Below are positions 1 through 12,613 of a stretch of DNA of 64,000 nucleotides, piece after piece. Origin of the DNA: Cycas panzhihuaensis (Eukaryota > Plantae > Cycadophyta); NCBI GenBank assembly GCA_023213395.1, contig CM041465.1, positions 200,329,741 to 200,393,740 on the forward strand. Direction: 5' to 3'. The position numbers were made by a program, and so were the translations under genes. The notes below the pieces were generated by a model. The model ran no database searches, was not told the origin of the DNA, and saw nothing but the letters and a program-made list of their open reading frames with translations. Every line of letters begins with the position of its first letter. The stretch's first letter is position 1.

Positions 1-1365
1 AGCTACAACCAAATCTAGATATCTCCCCAAGACCACCACAAAATGACCTTCACCACTCCTTGAGGAACATTTACTTATAAAGCCATGCCCTTGAATTTGA
101 AGAATATCAGCACTACCTACTAAAGGGCTATGCAATTTATATTCTATGACCTCGTTAGTAGGATTCTTAAGGTCTTCATGGATGATATGATGGGCCTTTT
201 CTAAAAAAAGGCTAATCACCTTGAGGACCTTAGGGCCATTTTTATGAGGTGTCGCAAATACCATGTTAGCTTAAATCTACTTAAGTGTATCTTTACAGTG
301 ACAACTAGTAAAGTCTTAGGGTTCCTTGTTTTCTAAGTTGACTTTGATAAGGTCAAAGTAATAGTCAAGATGCCTTCCCCAAGAATACAATGGAAAGTTA
401 AGTCATTCTTGGGGAGATTAGGTTTATTGAGGCATTTCTTAGTAGATTTTTCTATTAATGCCAAACCTTTAACCAACCTACTTAAGAAACGGACCCCTTT
501 TGTTTGGTCCCCTAGGGCCTAAGAGGCCTTCTAGAAGGTAAAACCATCCCTTGTATTAGCTCCTATCTTGGTCTATCCTCTTTTTGATTGCTCTTTTATT
601 CTATATACTTCAATGACTAATGAATCTCTAAGGGCCATGTTAGCACAGGACGATGACTCCAAAACTAAGAGGGCCATCTATTTTATTAGTTGTACCTTAG
701 TGGTAGTAGAGTTAAACTACCTATCGACTAAGAAAGAATTCTTGGTGCTAGTTTACACTACTAAAAGATTTAGGCATTCTCTCTTGGGAAATACCACTTA
801 TGTGATTGTCCAATCTAATCTCTTGAGATACCTTATGACATAATCTAACTCGATGGGAAGGACTAGCAAGTGGGCTATCCTCCTTTAAGAGTATAATATA
901 AAAATTATCAACTAAAAATCGAAGAAAGGCATGGTAGTCATAGAACAACTAGCACATGCTCCCATACTAAACTCACTTAGGGTTCTAGTTGATGATTCCT
1001 TGCTGACAAACCTATTTTAGCTCTTCAGTAAACCAATGGCCATCCATTAGTTAACAATAAATGATATAGTGATATAATTAACTACCTAACCCAACAAGAA
1101 TATCCGATTAATGCGATACAAGGTCAAGTTGGGCATGAGGGTGTCCACTCAACAATACATCCTCATAGAGGACATATTATATAAATGATCATTTGATGAC
1201 ATACTCCTTCATTGTGTTAACCTAGAGGAGACTGACTTAATTCTTTGCAAGTGCCATAATAGCATTTGTAAATGCCACTTTGGGGTCTAATTGATGATCC
1301 AACAAATCCTATTTATGGGTTATTATTGGCCAACCATATTTAAAGATGCCCATGCCTATGCTTAT
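1..1365 (+). mobile_element. Decayed Ty3/gypsy (Tat/Ogre-like) pol fragment: RT - RNase H - integrase Zn-finger start
   Basis: Frame 1 reads SYNQI*ISPQDHHKMTFTTP*GTFTYKAMPLNLKN...KVFMDDMM (RT). RNase H in ORF 568-843 (FILYTS...ELNYLSTKKEFL). GYYWPTIFKDAHAYA at ~1318-1362, then truncated. Confidence 0.92.
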
Positions 1366-1500
1366 TAGATCTAATTGCTTGGGTCCAATATAGCCTCAAT
1401 TATGATTGAAACCTATTTAGGATTTAGTAGCTTTTACCCTTGTTGTATCTAAGAGATTCTCTTATAATAAAAAAACCAAACCACAGTCCTATCCCCTTCT
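1..1500 (+). repeat. Near-identical direct duplicate of 36927-38429
   Basis: ORFs 568-843 and 37494-37769 are identical (offset 36926). Only a few substitutions and small indels are seen. Shared sequence ends at ...cagtcctatccccttct. Confidence 0.97.
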
Positions 1501-4500
1501 AACACACTACATACTATATGGTGAGGTTACATATGGGGACAACATGTTGTACTCCTAGATAAAGGTTTAGAGGATGAGGGTGAGGCACTCTTGCCAGTGG
1601 AACATTAGCATGTATACCTATGAGAAGATATTTTCACAAAGCAAGAAGATGAGGGAGTGGTTAGTTCATAGCTAGCAACTTAGGAGATGTGCAAGAGTCA
1701 TCATGAGAGGGAAGGTCCATGTGGGACACCTTCCTAGGCATGTAGGAAATTAGAGTGACATATCTGGGAGGATGCTCATGGTCCTTAACATCTGACTGTA
1801 GGTCACTCATGATATCTAGGTAGCCATAACTACCTATACCAATAGGCATGAACCTAACTACATTAGGTTTAGGAGGAGTTAAGGGGTTATCCTAATGAAG
1901 GTTTCCCCCTTGAAAAAAACTCATTGAGGAAGGGAGAGGCTCATTAGGGTCACTATCTTTGGCATTAAAGACTGCCTGATAAGTAGGAAGAGATATGCAA
2001 GAGGGTAAACTCTTGTGAGGGACAACCTTAATTTACCCTTTATGGACAAAATTAAGTTACCTCCAACATGAGTGATTAATCCATGGTTGACCCAACAAGA
2101 GGTTGTACTTGACGTGGATATTGAGTACAATAATATCTTTAAGGATAATCTTCCCTTTTAATATGAGGGAAAGAATAACCATCCCCAAGGGGTCCTTCTC
2201 GCTCCCATCATATCCTTAGCATTTCTAAGGAATAGGCTTGAGAGCCTCTATGCCTGACTTCTCTATCATCCACATATGCATATCATTAACTGAGTAACTA
2301 TTCCCTATGATGGTTCTCTTAATAATAAAATTAAGAGCATCAATGGTAATGATGAATGGGTAGTGCCAAAATCATTCCCATTCGCTAGGAGATGGAAGAT
2401 CTCATGGGTTAAATGAGATGATAGGCATTCCATGGCAAGCGGTACCTATAACGTGGATGGGGGCATCTTGTTGACTAAGAGCTTTAAGAAGAAGAGTGTG
2501 TTGCTTAGGGCAACTCTGTAAGATATCCATCATTGATATTCTTGTAGACACTGAGTGCAACTCTTTAAAGATAGAGAAGGCCTTCCCTTTTGCTATGGGT
2601 TGGGGAAGGGTCCTCGAAATCATAGTGCCTGTGGTGCACCATAATGGTCTTTGGGACTAGAGGGATCTCTGTTATAGGAGGATCTGCAAAGGGTTGTTGT
2701 TAGGAGGAGGAGGCTTGGGTAGCTTCCTTAGTGGCTTACGACAGCGTGATCGGGTGCACAGGGTGGTCTCAAGCATTTAAATCACTTTCTTCCCCTTGTT
2801 ATTAGGTTAAGAGGATGAGGAGTAACAAGTCCAAGGGCTTAGTGAAGAAGATGATCTCTTGTGCCCTTCCCCTTCACTTGGTTAGAAGGAGGGTTAAGTG
2901 ATCATCCCATGTTCCTTACCCTCTTATTCTGGGTGGGTTGATTTTGTTCCCTATGGTTTGGGAAAGGATCCATATAAATAAGTTGATCTAGATTGGGCTT
3001 AGAAGCCCTCTTGAGAGAATCATCATAATGTGATGTGATCTCGAGATATTGTAACGAATATTATGAGTCCTCATGGAGGCACTCCCCATGCATAAAGCAC
3101 CATTTCCTTTTAGAAGGAGGTTTTGCCTTCCTTCCTTGAGAGGTTTGGGTATTCCCACCCTTAGGTGGTATGGTGTGGGAGGTTTGATGTATAGGTCATT
3201 GTGACTTTAAATAGGATTGAGCTAATTAGAGTTTTAATTTGTTGATCATATGTTTGAAGGAATATATAACTAAAGTAAGGGTATCCACAATCCTATCAGT
3301 TATGCTAGTAGAAGGCCTTAGAGGTTATTGTTGGCTCTTTTATTCACATGGGGGAGGGACTGCATTATGACATTTTGATTGTTTAAGAGGTTTCTTGAGA
3401 CTAGCTTAGATCTCAATGCCCTCCAATGCTAAGAATTTAGCTATGGCAGAATCACTTGTTGTTGCCCCATTACGAGGACTTCCACATGTACCTCATGGTG
3501 AAAGGCATTGACAAATATATCTCTCTTTGGTTCCTCAAGTAAAGTGACCTTGGAGGAATGAAGGAGATCATGAAATCATCTTACAAAATCATGATTAATT
3601 TTGTCATGACCTTATTTCAATGATAGGAGGTCTTTGACCCCACTTTTGAAGGGTCTGACTATATTAAAGTAGTTGACAAACTCATCAACTAACTACTAGA
3701 AGGTGGAAATAGAGTGGGTGAGGAGACAGTAGAACCATTTCAATGCATCTCCTTATAGGGATATTAGAAATAGTTTCATTAGGATGTGGTTATAGGCCCA
3801 GTAATTAATACATCCTATGACGAAGCCCCTAACATACTCAGTTGGGTCCTTCAAGGAAGTTCCATCAAACTTGGGTACTTTGGGAGGATGAGGTGACTGG
3901 TTGGTCATGAGAGCCTTGATGGACAAAGGAGCTTATTAATAATCAATGAAAGGATAGAACCTTGGTTGAGTTAATGAATAAACCTGGGAAGTAGAAGGAG
4001 ATGGGTACTGGTACCCACTCTCATTATGAGGGGGGTGAGGAGGATGACTATAAGAAGTATATGGGTTCCCACCTATTTAGTAGGAAGGGGCTACCTCTGC
4101 ATGGGGATATACCATATAAGAAGATAGGTGAGAGAGCCTTACTCCACTATGAGGGTGCATCACATGCATAATAGAAGTATATTTATATACACCCTAAGGA
4201 GCTATTGTATAAGGATGTGAAATAGGAGGTGGAATGGATTCTCCCTTATGCAATGGGTGGTGCTAGACAAGGAGTAGGGTTCTTCCCATAGGGTCCTCCT
4301 ATATGAGGTGCAACCCCATAGGGACAGAGCAGGTCTACACAATACGTTAGAAAGGGGTTTAACCCCCCATGCCCCCAAGGCTATGACATATAACTCGGGG
4401 GCACGTAGAGTGAGGAGTCCACAGGCTATGGATAAGGACACATGTAGATAGATCCCCCATGACCCAAGGCATAGGAATGTGAAGGTGCCCAAGGTGGAAT

Positions 4501-7500
4501 CAAAGGAGAATAAGCCACAATTAATTATGGCATAGTTATTTGGGTAGGAGGAGGTATGCTTAATCCTATTTGAGAAATTGGCATACCTTGGGGTGTCCCT
4601 TGAGTCAAGGGAGCACTCGTAGGTGGGGGGACTATAGGAATAGGTCCTAATATCAAAGAGGACATGGATTCAGATGATGTAGGGGGAATGGATGTGGAAG
4701 AGGGTAGGGAAGTACTTTGAAGGAAGCACTCTAACCACTTAGGAGGTGGTTGGGTACTTACGGCCCAAAGCATTACCTCAACACTTCCACCACGTCTCTA
4801 GGAGGAGTCATAGCTTGCTTATATAAGGTAGAGGGTTCCTCATATTGAGAAAATCTTGAAGGAAGATCTTCATGGGCCCTCTCACTAGAATGAGAGTGGT
4901 CCACAGGGAAAGGTCCCCCTACATCATGTGTAGGATAGGGGGGAAATCTGAGATGGACTTATGTTGGCTTACCCAAATAATAGATGGGGTCCTCACCCTC
5001 TTCAGTGGGATCTTGGTGAGGATATGATGTTTGAGGATGGTGCAAGTTAGAAACATATGAGTGATATGCCCAATCTAATAGATAACTCTTTATTAGTGGT
5101 CATCACTTGGATGTAGCAATGGAGGAATAAAATGGTTCTTCTTTTGTAGGAGGGAGGCCACATAGGTGACGAGAGAAGCATCATATTCATGTCTTGCCCT
5201 AGGAACTATGAAAGTATGAAGGTTAGCTTTAGAGGAAAGTGTTGAGATTACCCAACATTCTATGAAGAACCTATGAGATAGATAGGGACTGACATTAGGA
5301 AATCAAATGGATGCTAAGAGTTCCTCATTAGCAACTCCCCACTATGGTCACAAGTGGAAGCGTACCCCCAAGGGTGTTACTAAGAACTACTATACATTGG
5401 CTATGGGTAGGCTTAAAGCGTGGGAGCTTAAGTAATATATTGTGACTTTGGTTTACCCTCAGAGGGTGTCCATCTGCCTCGTGAGCATAGGTTTGGGGAC
5501 CTATAGGACACATGTTCCCTTTCTACATATAGGGTCTAAGTAGGTTGGTTGATGGTATGTTTAGGTTATAAAGGGTTTAGCCTTCTCAAATTACCAAGTA
5601 GCCCATATAGGTTTCTCCTATCCTTGTTTTAAAGAAGGGAATAAATCTCCTTCGTAAAGGGAAGCAATCATGAATAAGAGACAAAGGTAGAAGGGAAGAT
5701 TTAGTACATTCTTAGTTGCCTAAAGGGTTAACTTTAGGGTTATTTGAGAATACAAAGTTTTATTAAGGTTCTCTTTAGTTATATGAGAAGATGATATTAT
5801 TCATTTGGGTGTTATCTTATTTCAGAATGTAATGTTTTATGTGTTATAAGCCAAAGCAATCAATAAATACATCTAGTAACATATGACATATGAAATTCCT
5901 CTCTCTCAATTCACTCTCTTTCCTTTAGAAAACAAGAAATTTTGGACTATACGCTTAAGGTGAAGGAGTCAATAATGCAATTGGGAGGAATGCAAAGAAG
6001 AGAGAAAGATGAATGTTCCTACGCACATGCAATGTTTCCTTTCTTTGATATATGTTTCTTTATTCATACGAAGAGAGATGTTCTCTCTAAACTAAAAAGA
6101 AAGGGAAGCTTTATTTTATATACATATACATATGCAAATGATAGAGCAACTCTTTCTTAATATGCCTTTTTCTTTATGGTGAGAAAGGGGAAAAAAGGAG
6201 GGAAGGATCTATTCTTCTTCTTTAGGATATCTTTTCCTTCATACATATGTAAAAGAGATATGTTTCCTAAAAAGGAGAAATAAATTCTTAACTTTTATTT
6301 TGTATGTGTGTGCAAATGTAAACAATCAAGACAAATAAAGGGTTTGCTTTGTTTAGGGAACTTAGGGAGTAAGTATTATCAACAAAAGGAAAGATTATGA
6401 GGAAGAGAGGGTTTAGAGGGAGCATACCCAATTTGTGACATTTAGTGATGACTTTGACCTTGCTCTTCCTTGATCCTCCTTCGTTAATGTTGCAAGCTCC
6501 TTTATTAGGGGATTTGTAAGAGGCAATGGGGCTTACTTACCTTCCCCAAGTCTAAACAAAATGTTACATAAATAAGGCAAATAGAACAAAGGAAAGAATA
6601 AAACACATACATAAAAATGTAATGCTAAATCATAAATTGACACTTACCTTGGGATGAGGCTTTGGGCTCTTTTACCAACTATAGGAGATATGATTCTACT
6701 TGCATACATAAAATAAATCTCTTTATAAAGGAAATGTTGCAACATGTGCATATTTATAGTGTATATATGTATATTTCACAAAAGTCCTCTTACCACTAAC
6801 CAATTAAGGAAATAAATCAAATGTAATATTTCCTTCCCAAAGAAATCTAAGCATGCAAAAGATGCAAAATATGAAGAGGAGGGAGTGAAGGGTAGTGCCT
6901 TGGTATGGCATAGCCTCCCTAATAGGGTGGTCTCCTAATGCAAGCAAGGAGTCCTCTCAATATTACAACTCAAATGACAAGTTTTGGTAAGAGGTGTGAT
7001 ATGAATGTGAGGTAGATCTCCAAGAGAAATTAGCAGTAGGTGCTTGCAAAGTAGTGTGGCTACATGGCCTAGTATTAAGGTGGAATGTGCAGGTACAATA
7101 AGACTTGGAACTATTTATTTTGGGAGGGGATTACCTGGTGAGTAAGGGGTGCAAAAGGTGGCACTTACACTTGTTTCCCTTCTCCAAGCTCCTAAAAGTA
7201 AGAGGTGTAAATCTTGTCTCCTCCCTCAACACTTTGAGTATGGTTATGAAATGTTTGCAACTTATACAAAGTTATTTTATCAAAAGTTTGAAGAGTTGAT
7301 GGTAGGAAAGCTATAAAATCTAACTTCCAAGCTAGGGATGAAATAAAAGAGAGTGAAAATAACTAAAATCAAAGTTAAATACAAGGAATTCTCATGGAGA
7401 AACAAAGGTGAGCATGTTTCCCACTTCATATAAGAGAAGCTTGAACCTTGTGGCTAAAATAGGAGAGGAAGAATCCCTTGCAACTATTAAGAGAATGATT

Positions 7501-8430
7501 TTTGAGAAGATCTTTGAGTCTTAAAGAGGAAGAGAGAGTGTTTGGCCCTTGTAGAAGATGATTTTGGATGGTTTAGTGCTAGAATCAAGCCTCTACTATG
7601 CATTCTTTCTTAAAATTGAGTTGTTCTCTATTTTGTTAAGAAAATTAGCTTTAATGATAAAGAGAATGATGCCTAATTCAAAATGAAAATGGAGTTTTCT
7701 TATTTAAGAGGGTGCCCCTATATGCCTTGATCTGGGCTTCCCCCAAGGTGTTAGGCATGTCAGGGAGTGTATTTAATGCAAATTTTGAATGTTGCTGGCC
7801 ATAACTGATTAAGTAATAGTCCCATTATGAATTTCTTCATGGCATTGTAAATATCTCCACAGGGTACAATAATCAAAGTGGTGTAGAACAACAATCATCG
7901 CAGGGTAGACAACAAACTCTATGGTGTAGAGACAAGGTGCAAAAATTAATTAATAATCAACAAAAAACTACTCAAAAGGAGACTAAATCTTATTTTTGAC
8001 CTCTATAGACTGACCTTGACATACTTAAGTGGCTGACCACATATAAAAAGGTGAGAAAATGAAGTTCATAAGCAATAATAAATCAAAAGTAGGTGAAAAC
8101 AAAGTTGCAGTAACACTAAGAAGTTGCCTTGTCAATTGGAAGACCACATCGAGGGCTCTAAATTCCATTGGACTGAAGTCCTAGTCATCATAAGCATATG
8201 GGCAATCACTAGTAAGCCAAACAAGCCACACAGACATGCATCCAATAGTCACATAATCATCACATAGGATAATAAGAACTAAAGGCATAGTGAGAAAAGG
8301 GACAAGGTGAGAGACATACCTATACTTACCTACATTGCAAACTCTAAACCCATTCTGGCCAGCTGAGAAACATAGGGAAGCTAAAAGATTTACATACAAA
8401 ATAAAAATAAAAGGTTAATGGGGATCTACA
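1501..8430 (-). mobile_element. 5' part of a Tat/Ogre-like gypsy element (copy A): LTR, leader, gag, protease; truncated before RT
   Basis: The minus strand starts TGTAGATCCCC at 8430. Colinear homology with 28000-34115. Pro-rich gag ~2700-5500. Protease region ~2050-2400 follows KAFSIFKELHSVSTRISMMDILQSCP. Confidence 0.85.
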
Positions 8431-9874
8431 ACCATAGATCGAGACTTTCCAATGAAGCTACATCAACTAAAGTGGCATGCATACACAATGATGATAAAGA
8501 AACTTTATTTTTAAGAAATCCAAAAAATAAGTTACATGTATATATAAGTATGTATATATATATATATATATATAATTTATTTTTTTAAGTGAAAGTTCTA
8601 CAAAACAAAGAAACTAACTAACTACCTTACTTGAGATATTGATGAAAATGGTGTAGTGTGCCTCAACATGGTATCTAAATTATGCCTTTACCTCATCATT
8701 TAACCCTTAAAATCATAATAATTAAAGAAAGATAACAAAATATTTAAGAAAATAAGAGAAACCCACAAGCTAATATAATAGAACCTAGAAGAAAATGACT
8801 CCAATGGAAGGGTGAGTAAAGGGACCCAAGAACTAAGAAGAGAATAGGGTAAATATAGCCCTATATACTCCCTAATATGTTTGACTTAAGCTCATAAGGA
8901 TTGGTCCTCAGTCAAATCTCCAATACTTAAGAGAAAAACTTATCCACAAGCTCACAGAGACAATGGATAAAAGAGAGCATAAAACACTAATAAATCACCA
9001 AAATAAAGATCTTTACATCAAGGAGTAACATTACTAGGCTCAGAGAGGAAGAATGGCTGAGGAGAAAATGCTCCAAAAGTATCTAGTATTATATTAATTC
9101 GATGTAATTCATACAAAATTCTAAAAAATAATAAGTTAGAAATCCACCATTCTCTTTAGATTTACCTTTTCTCTCATAGACAATTGCATGAATGATGAAT
9201 GTTTTGAGGTTCTTATGGAATTTGGAGGGAAGGGGTGGTGAGCTCTTATAAATTTAAGTGTTAATATTTGAGAATAGAAGGGAATCAACATTCCTTACCA
9301 AAAAAATTTACAAGTGACATAGTTAAAAATATGACTTCCTTCATAAAATGTAGTGGTTATGTCTTATAAAGGGCCAAAAATGTAATTTTATTTATAAAAT
9401 ATGATTGGTCACATTTTATAAATAAAGTTACTTTTTTAGTTATATTAAAAATGTGATAAATAGGAAAAGGTTAAAAAAAAAGAATGGAAAATAAACATAT
9501 CTCAAATAAATTAGTCTACAAAAGATATTTGAGTAAAACATCGACTAATATAGCCCAAAAACAAAACTCAAGGCATAAAACTAGGATGAAGAATATGACA
9601 AATGCATAAAATATTTATAAAACCAAGAGTAATAAAACAAATAAGAAGTAAAATGTAAGATGGGATGACTTAGAATGGGCAAGAAGTAGGACATAACACC
9701 ATAATATCTGTCATCAACACATGTAAATCATCGCCATATATAGTATATCATTCAACTATTATATCATAATGAAAATCCACATAATATCAACATCAAAGCA
9801 AATGTAATTTTAATAAAAACCATCATATAATAAATCAAGTACCAAGCAATGAATCTACACAACAAGCAAAGATT

Positions 9875-10001
<127 letters not shown>

Positions 10002-10009
10002 TCTACACC

Positions 10010-11150
10010 AAAGTCTATAAATGATGATTCATATCACGTATCCAAATCCAATGAGAGGCCTAATTTTGGTGAAATAGAAATATCTTGCACCTTTAGGCAA
10101 AGTGATTGGCATAAGAGCATAGATAACTAAGTGGATTAAGCTTAGATTTTGAGTTTCCCTATAAGCCTTACCTTTTAGAATTTTTTTTCTATGTTGCTTC
10201 CCAAAGATACATGGTTTATAAATGTCTATTTCTACCTTAAACTTTGAGAAACCATATATTGTATTCAACTTTACATCAAATGTAGGCCAAGGAAATGTAA
10301 ATGGCTTATTCTCTTATGCTACAACTAAATTTTGCTCGACACATATGTAATCAATACTCTTTGACTTATAGATCTACCTAAGAGCCTATAAAGACCATCT
10401 TTTCTCACACCTTCTTTAATAATTTTCTCTTCACAATTATTAACAATGGCCTTCCCATCTTTGAAGAGAACACTCACGTTATTATCCTTAACCTAACAGA
10501 TTAAAATCAAATTCTTCTTTAGTCTTAGTATATATATCACATCATCAATGTGGTAATTCTCTCCATTCAGTGTTATGAATGGAACCTTCTTATGCTCTTA
10601 ACATCTAAGATTTTATCATCTTTGATATTTATAGAATGCTCAATCACTTCCCACATGTGCCTAAACTAATAAAATATACCAGTCATATGCATAGAAGTGC
10701 TTGAGATAATGTACTAGACATTGCTTAATTTTAACCCTATACTAAGTTATGTTGACTAACTATATTTTGTTGACCACCCCTATGTTGCTATTGATTAGCT
10801 TATAACAACCCATAATTCCTCCTAAAATGGCATGATTTATTATAGTAATAGTATGTCTTCTAAGGTAATTTACTTACATAGGAGTAAAATAGATTTCCAC
10901 CCATGATTAATGTGAAAAATAACAAAAAATGACATAAAAATTATATAATAAAGTAAGCATTGAATATCTCTAATATTGCACACATAATATTGTAGTAATT
11001 TTAAAAATATTTAGCTCCTTAGTCACTTCACAAAGTGTTGAGATAATATAAAATGCTTTGGTCACCATGCAGGGAGCTAGAAGAACATCATATAACCACC
11101 CTAAATAAGAAGAGCATGAAATCTTATTATAATAAAGTGCTCTCAATTTA
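10010..11150 (-). mobile_element. Ty1/copia fragment (gag Zn-knuckle, protease, gag-pre-integrase, integrase start)
   Basis: ORF 10029-10268 contains PCIFGKQHR...AYRETQNLSLIH. Decayed *YIISSTSMHMT (WYLDSGAS.HMT) near 10690-10720. Decayed CCHC knuckle near 10810-10855. Confidence 0.8.
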
Positions 11151-12613
11151 ATCCATAGATTTATAGTTTGGCTTAAACTACCCTTAACACCTTATTTAGA
11201 ATATGATGAGAGATTAACTTGATTAGGGAACAAAAACCAAAATTTAAAACCTAATTAAAAGGAATTTATTGTAATGTAACTTTACAAAATATAAAAATAA
11301 TTTTATGCTGAGTTGGAAACCATTAGATATTCTATTAAATCTCATGTGTTTTACATTTTGGTTTTAGCTAAATTTTGTGATCAACTTAGTGATTTTATCT
11401 GCAAACTAACTTGTCTAGGTGATTTGTGTTCAAACTATGTCTCTATTTCACTTTTGCATATTTATTTCTATATTTAATTCTTGACATCATCTTCTCTTTT
11501 ATGTCTCAACTACACTTCAATTATCCAACGTCTATTGCAAAGGGCAAGCTCATTTTAATGACATGTGGTATCTCTAGTTATTTGTGATGTCTCTTTGTCT
11601 TCATTTATTTGGCATCAACATCATGGGTATTCGTTCATTCATCTTTACTGGATGAAATATACATTCCTAGATTTTTGTAATTCTTTAAATGGTATCTTAA
11701 CATATTGGAAGACTTATCTCCATACAACTCTACCTAGAAGCTATCCAATCTACTTTTTTTACTCAAGCCTTATGCACCATCAACATTGCCTAATAATCCT
11801 TTGCTTACACACCCAAGAAGGCTTTAATTCACTACTAATGTTGAACGTCATCCCCAAAGTCGCTTTGAGTTTTTGGTCTTATTATTAAGTGACCCCTATG
11901 ACTTGTTGCTTATAAATGGATTCTAAGCTAATATGCATCTTAATATACTCACTCTAATTGAAACTAGGGTGACTTTATTGCCATACAAGGAAACATATGC
12001 TTGACAAACATAGCAGGGGTCATAACATTTCTACCATACAATTTTTTAAAATACTATTAGCAATCTAATAGCTAACCTTGATTTCTCATATGATCATATA
12101 AAAGTAGGCTCCCTAGTATTTCTTTAGATATGTTAACCTATAAAATGAAATAGATACTTAATTGTGTAAAAATAATTTATATATTCATTTATGATTGAAT
12201 GGTTATTAATTCCACTCTAGTGTATAAATAATAATTCTCTTCAATGGTACTTTATATCCCAAAACTAGAGTATCTCATCCTTAGATACTCATTGTATAAA
12301 GGAATGTTCACAATTATTTTAAAAACTACAAAGAAATAAATATCATGTGGAAAATATGGTTAATAAATATTCTTGCTATTAGCTAATTAGAAATGCTATT
12401 TGTCCATATTAATTATGTAAAACCCTATATTTGAGTTAATAATACACTCTATTTATGGCCCTTTATCAAGAATTAGATGTGTTTGATGTTACATAAGTTC
12501 CTAGTTATAACCAAGCATACTCTCATTCTAGCATTCCAAAAAACTCCATTTAATAAATAATTGATCACAACATACTTGGTTTTTAATCATGAATAAAATC
12601 ATCTACACTATCA

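Noticed and set aside
8440-9870. Possible MITE/foldback element with aaaatatga repeats near 9310-9460
   Set aside because: No terminal inverted repeats or TSD could be defined.
11150-12600. 107-aa ORF 11565-11888 and surrounding DNA as a gene
   Set aside because: No recognisable motif in any frame; left unannotated.
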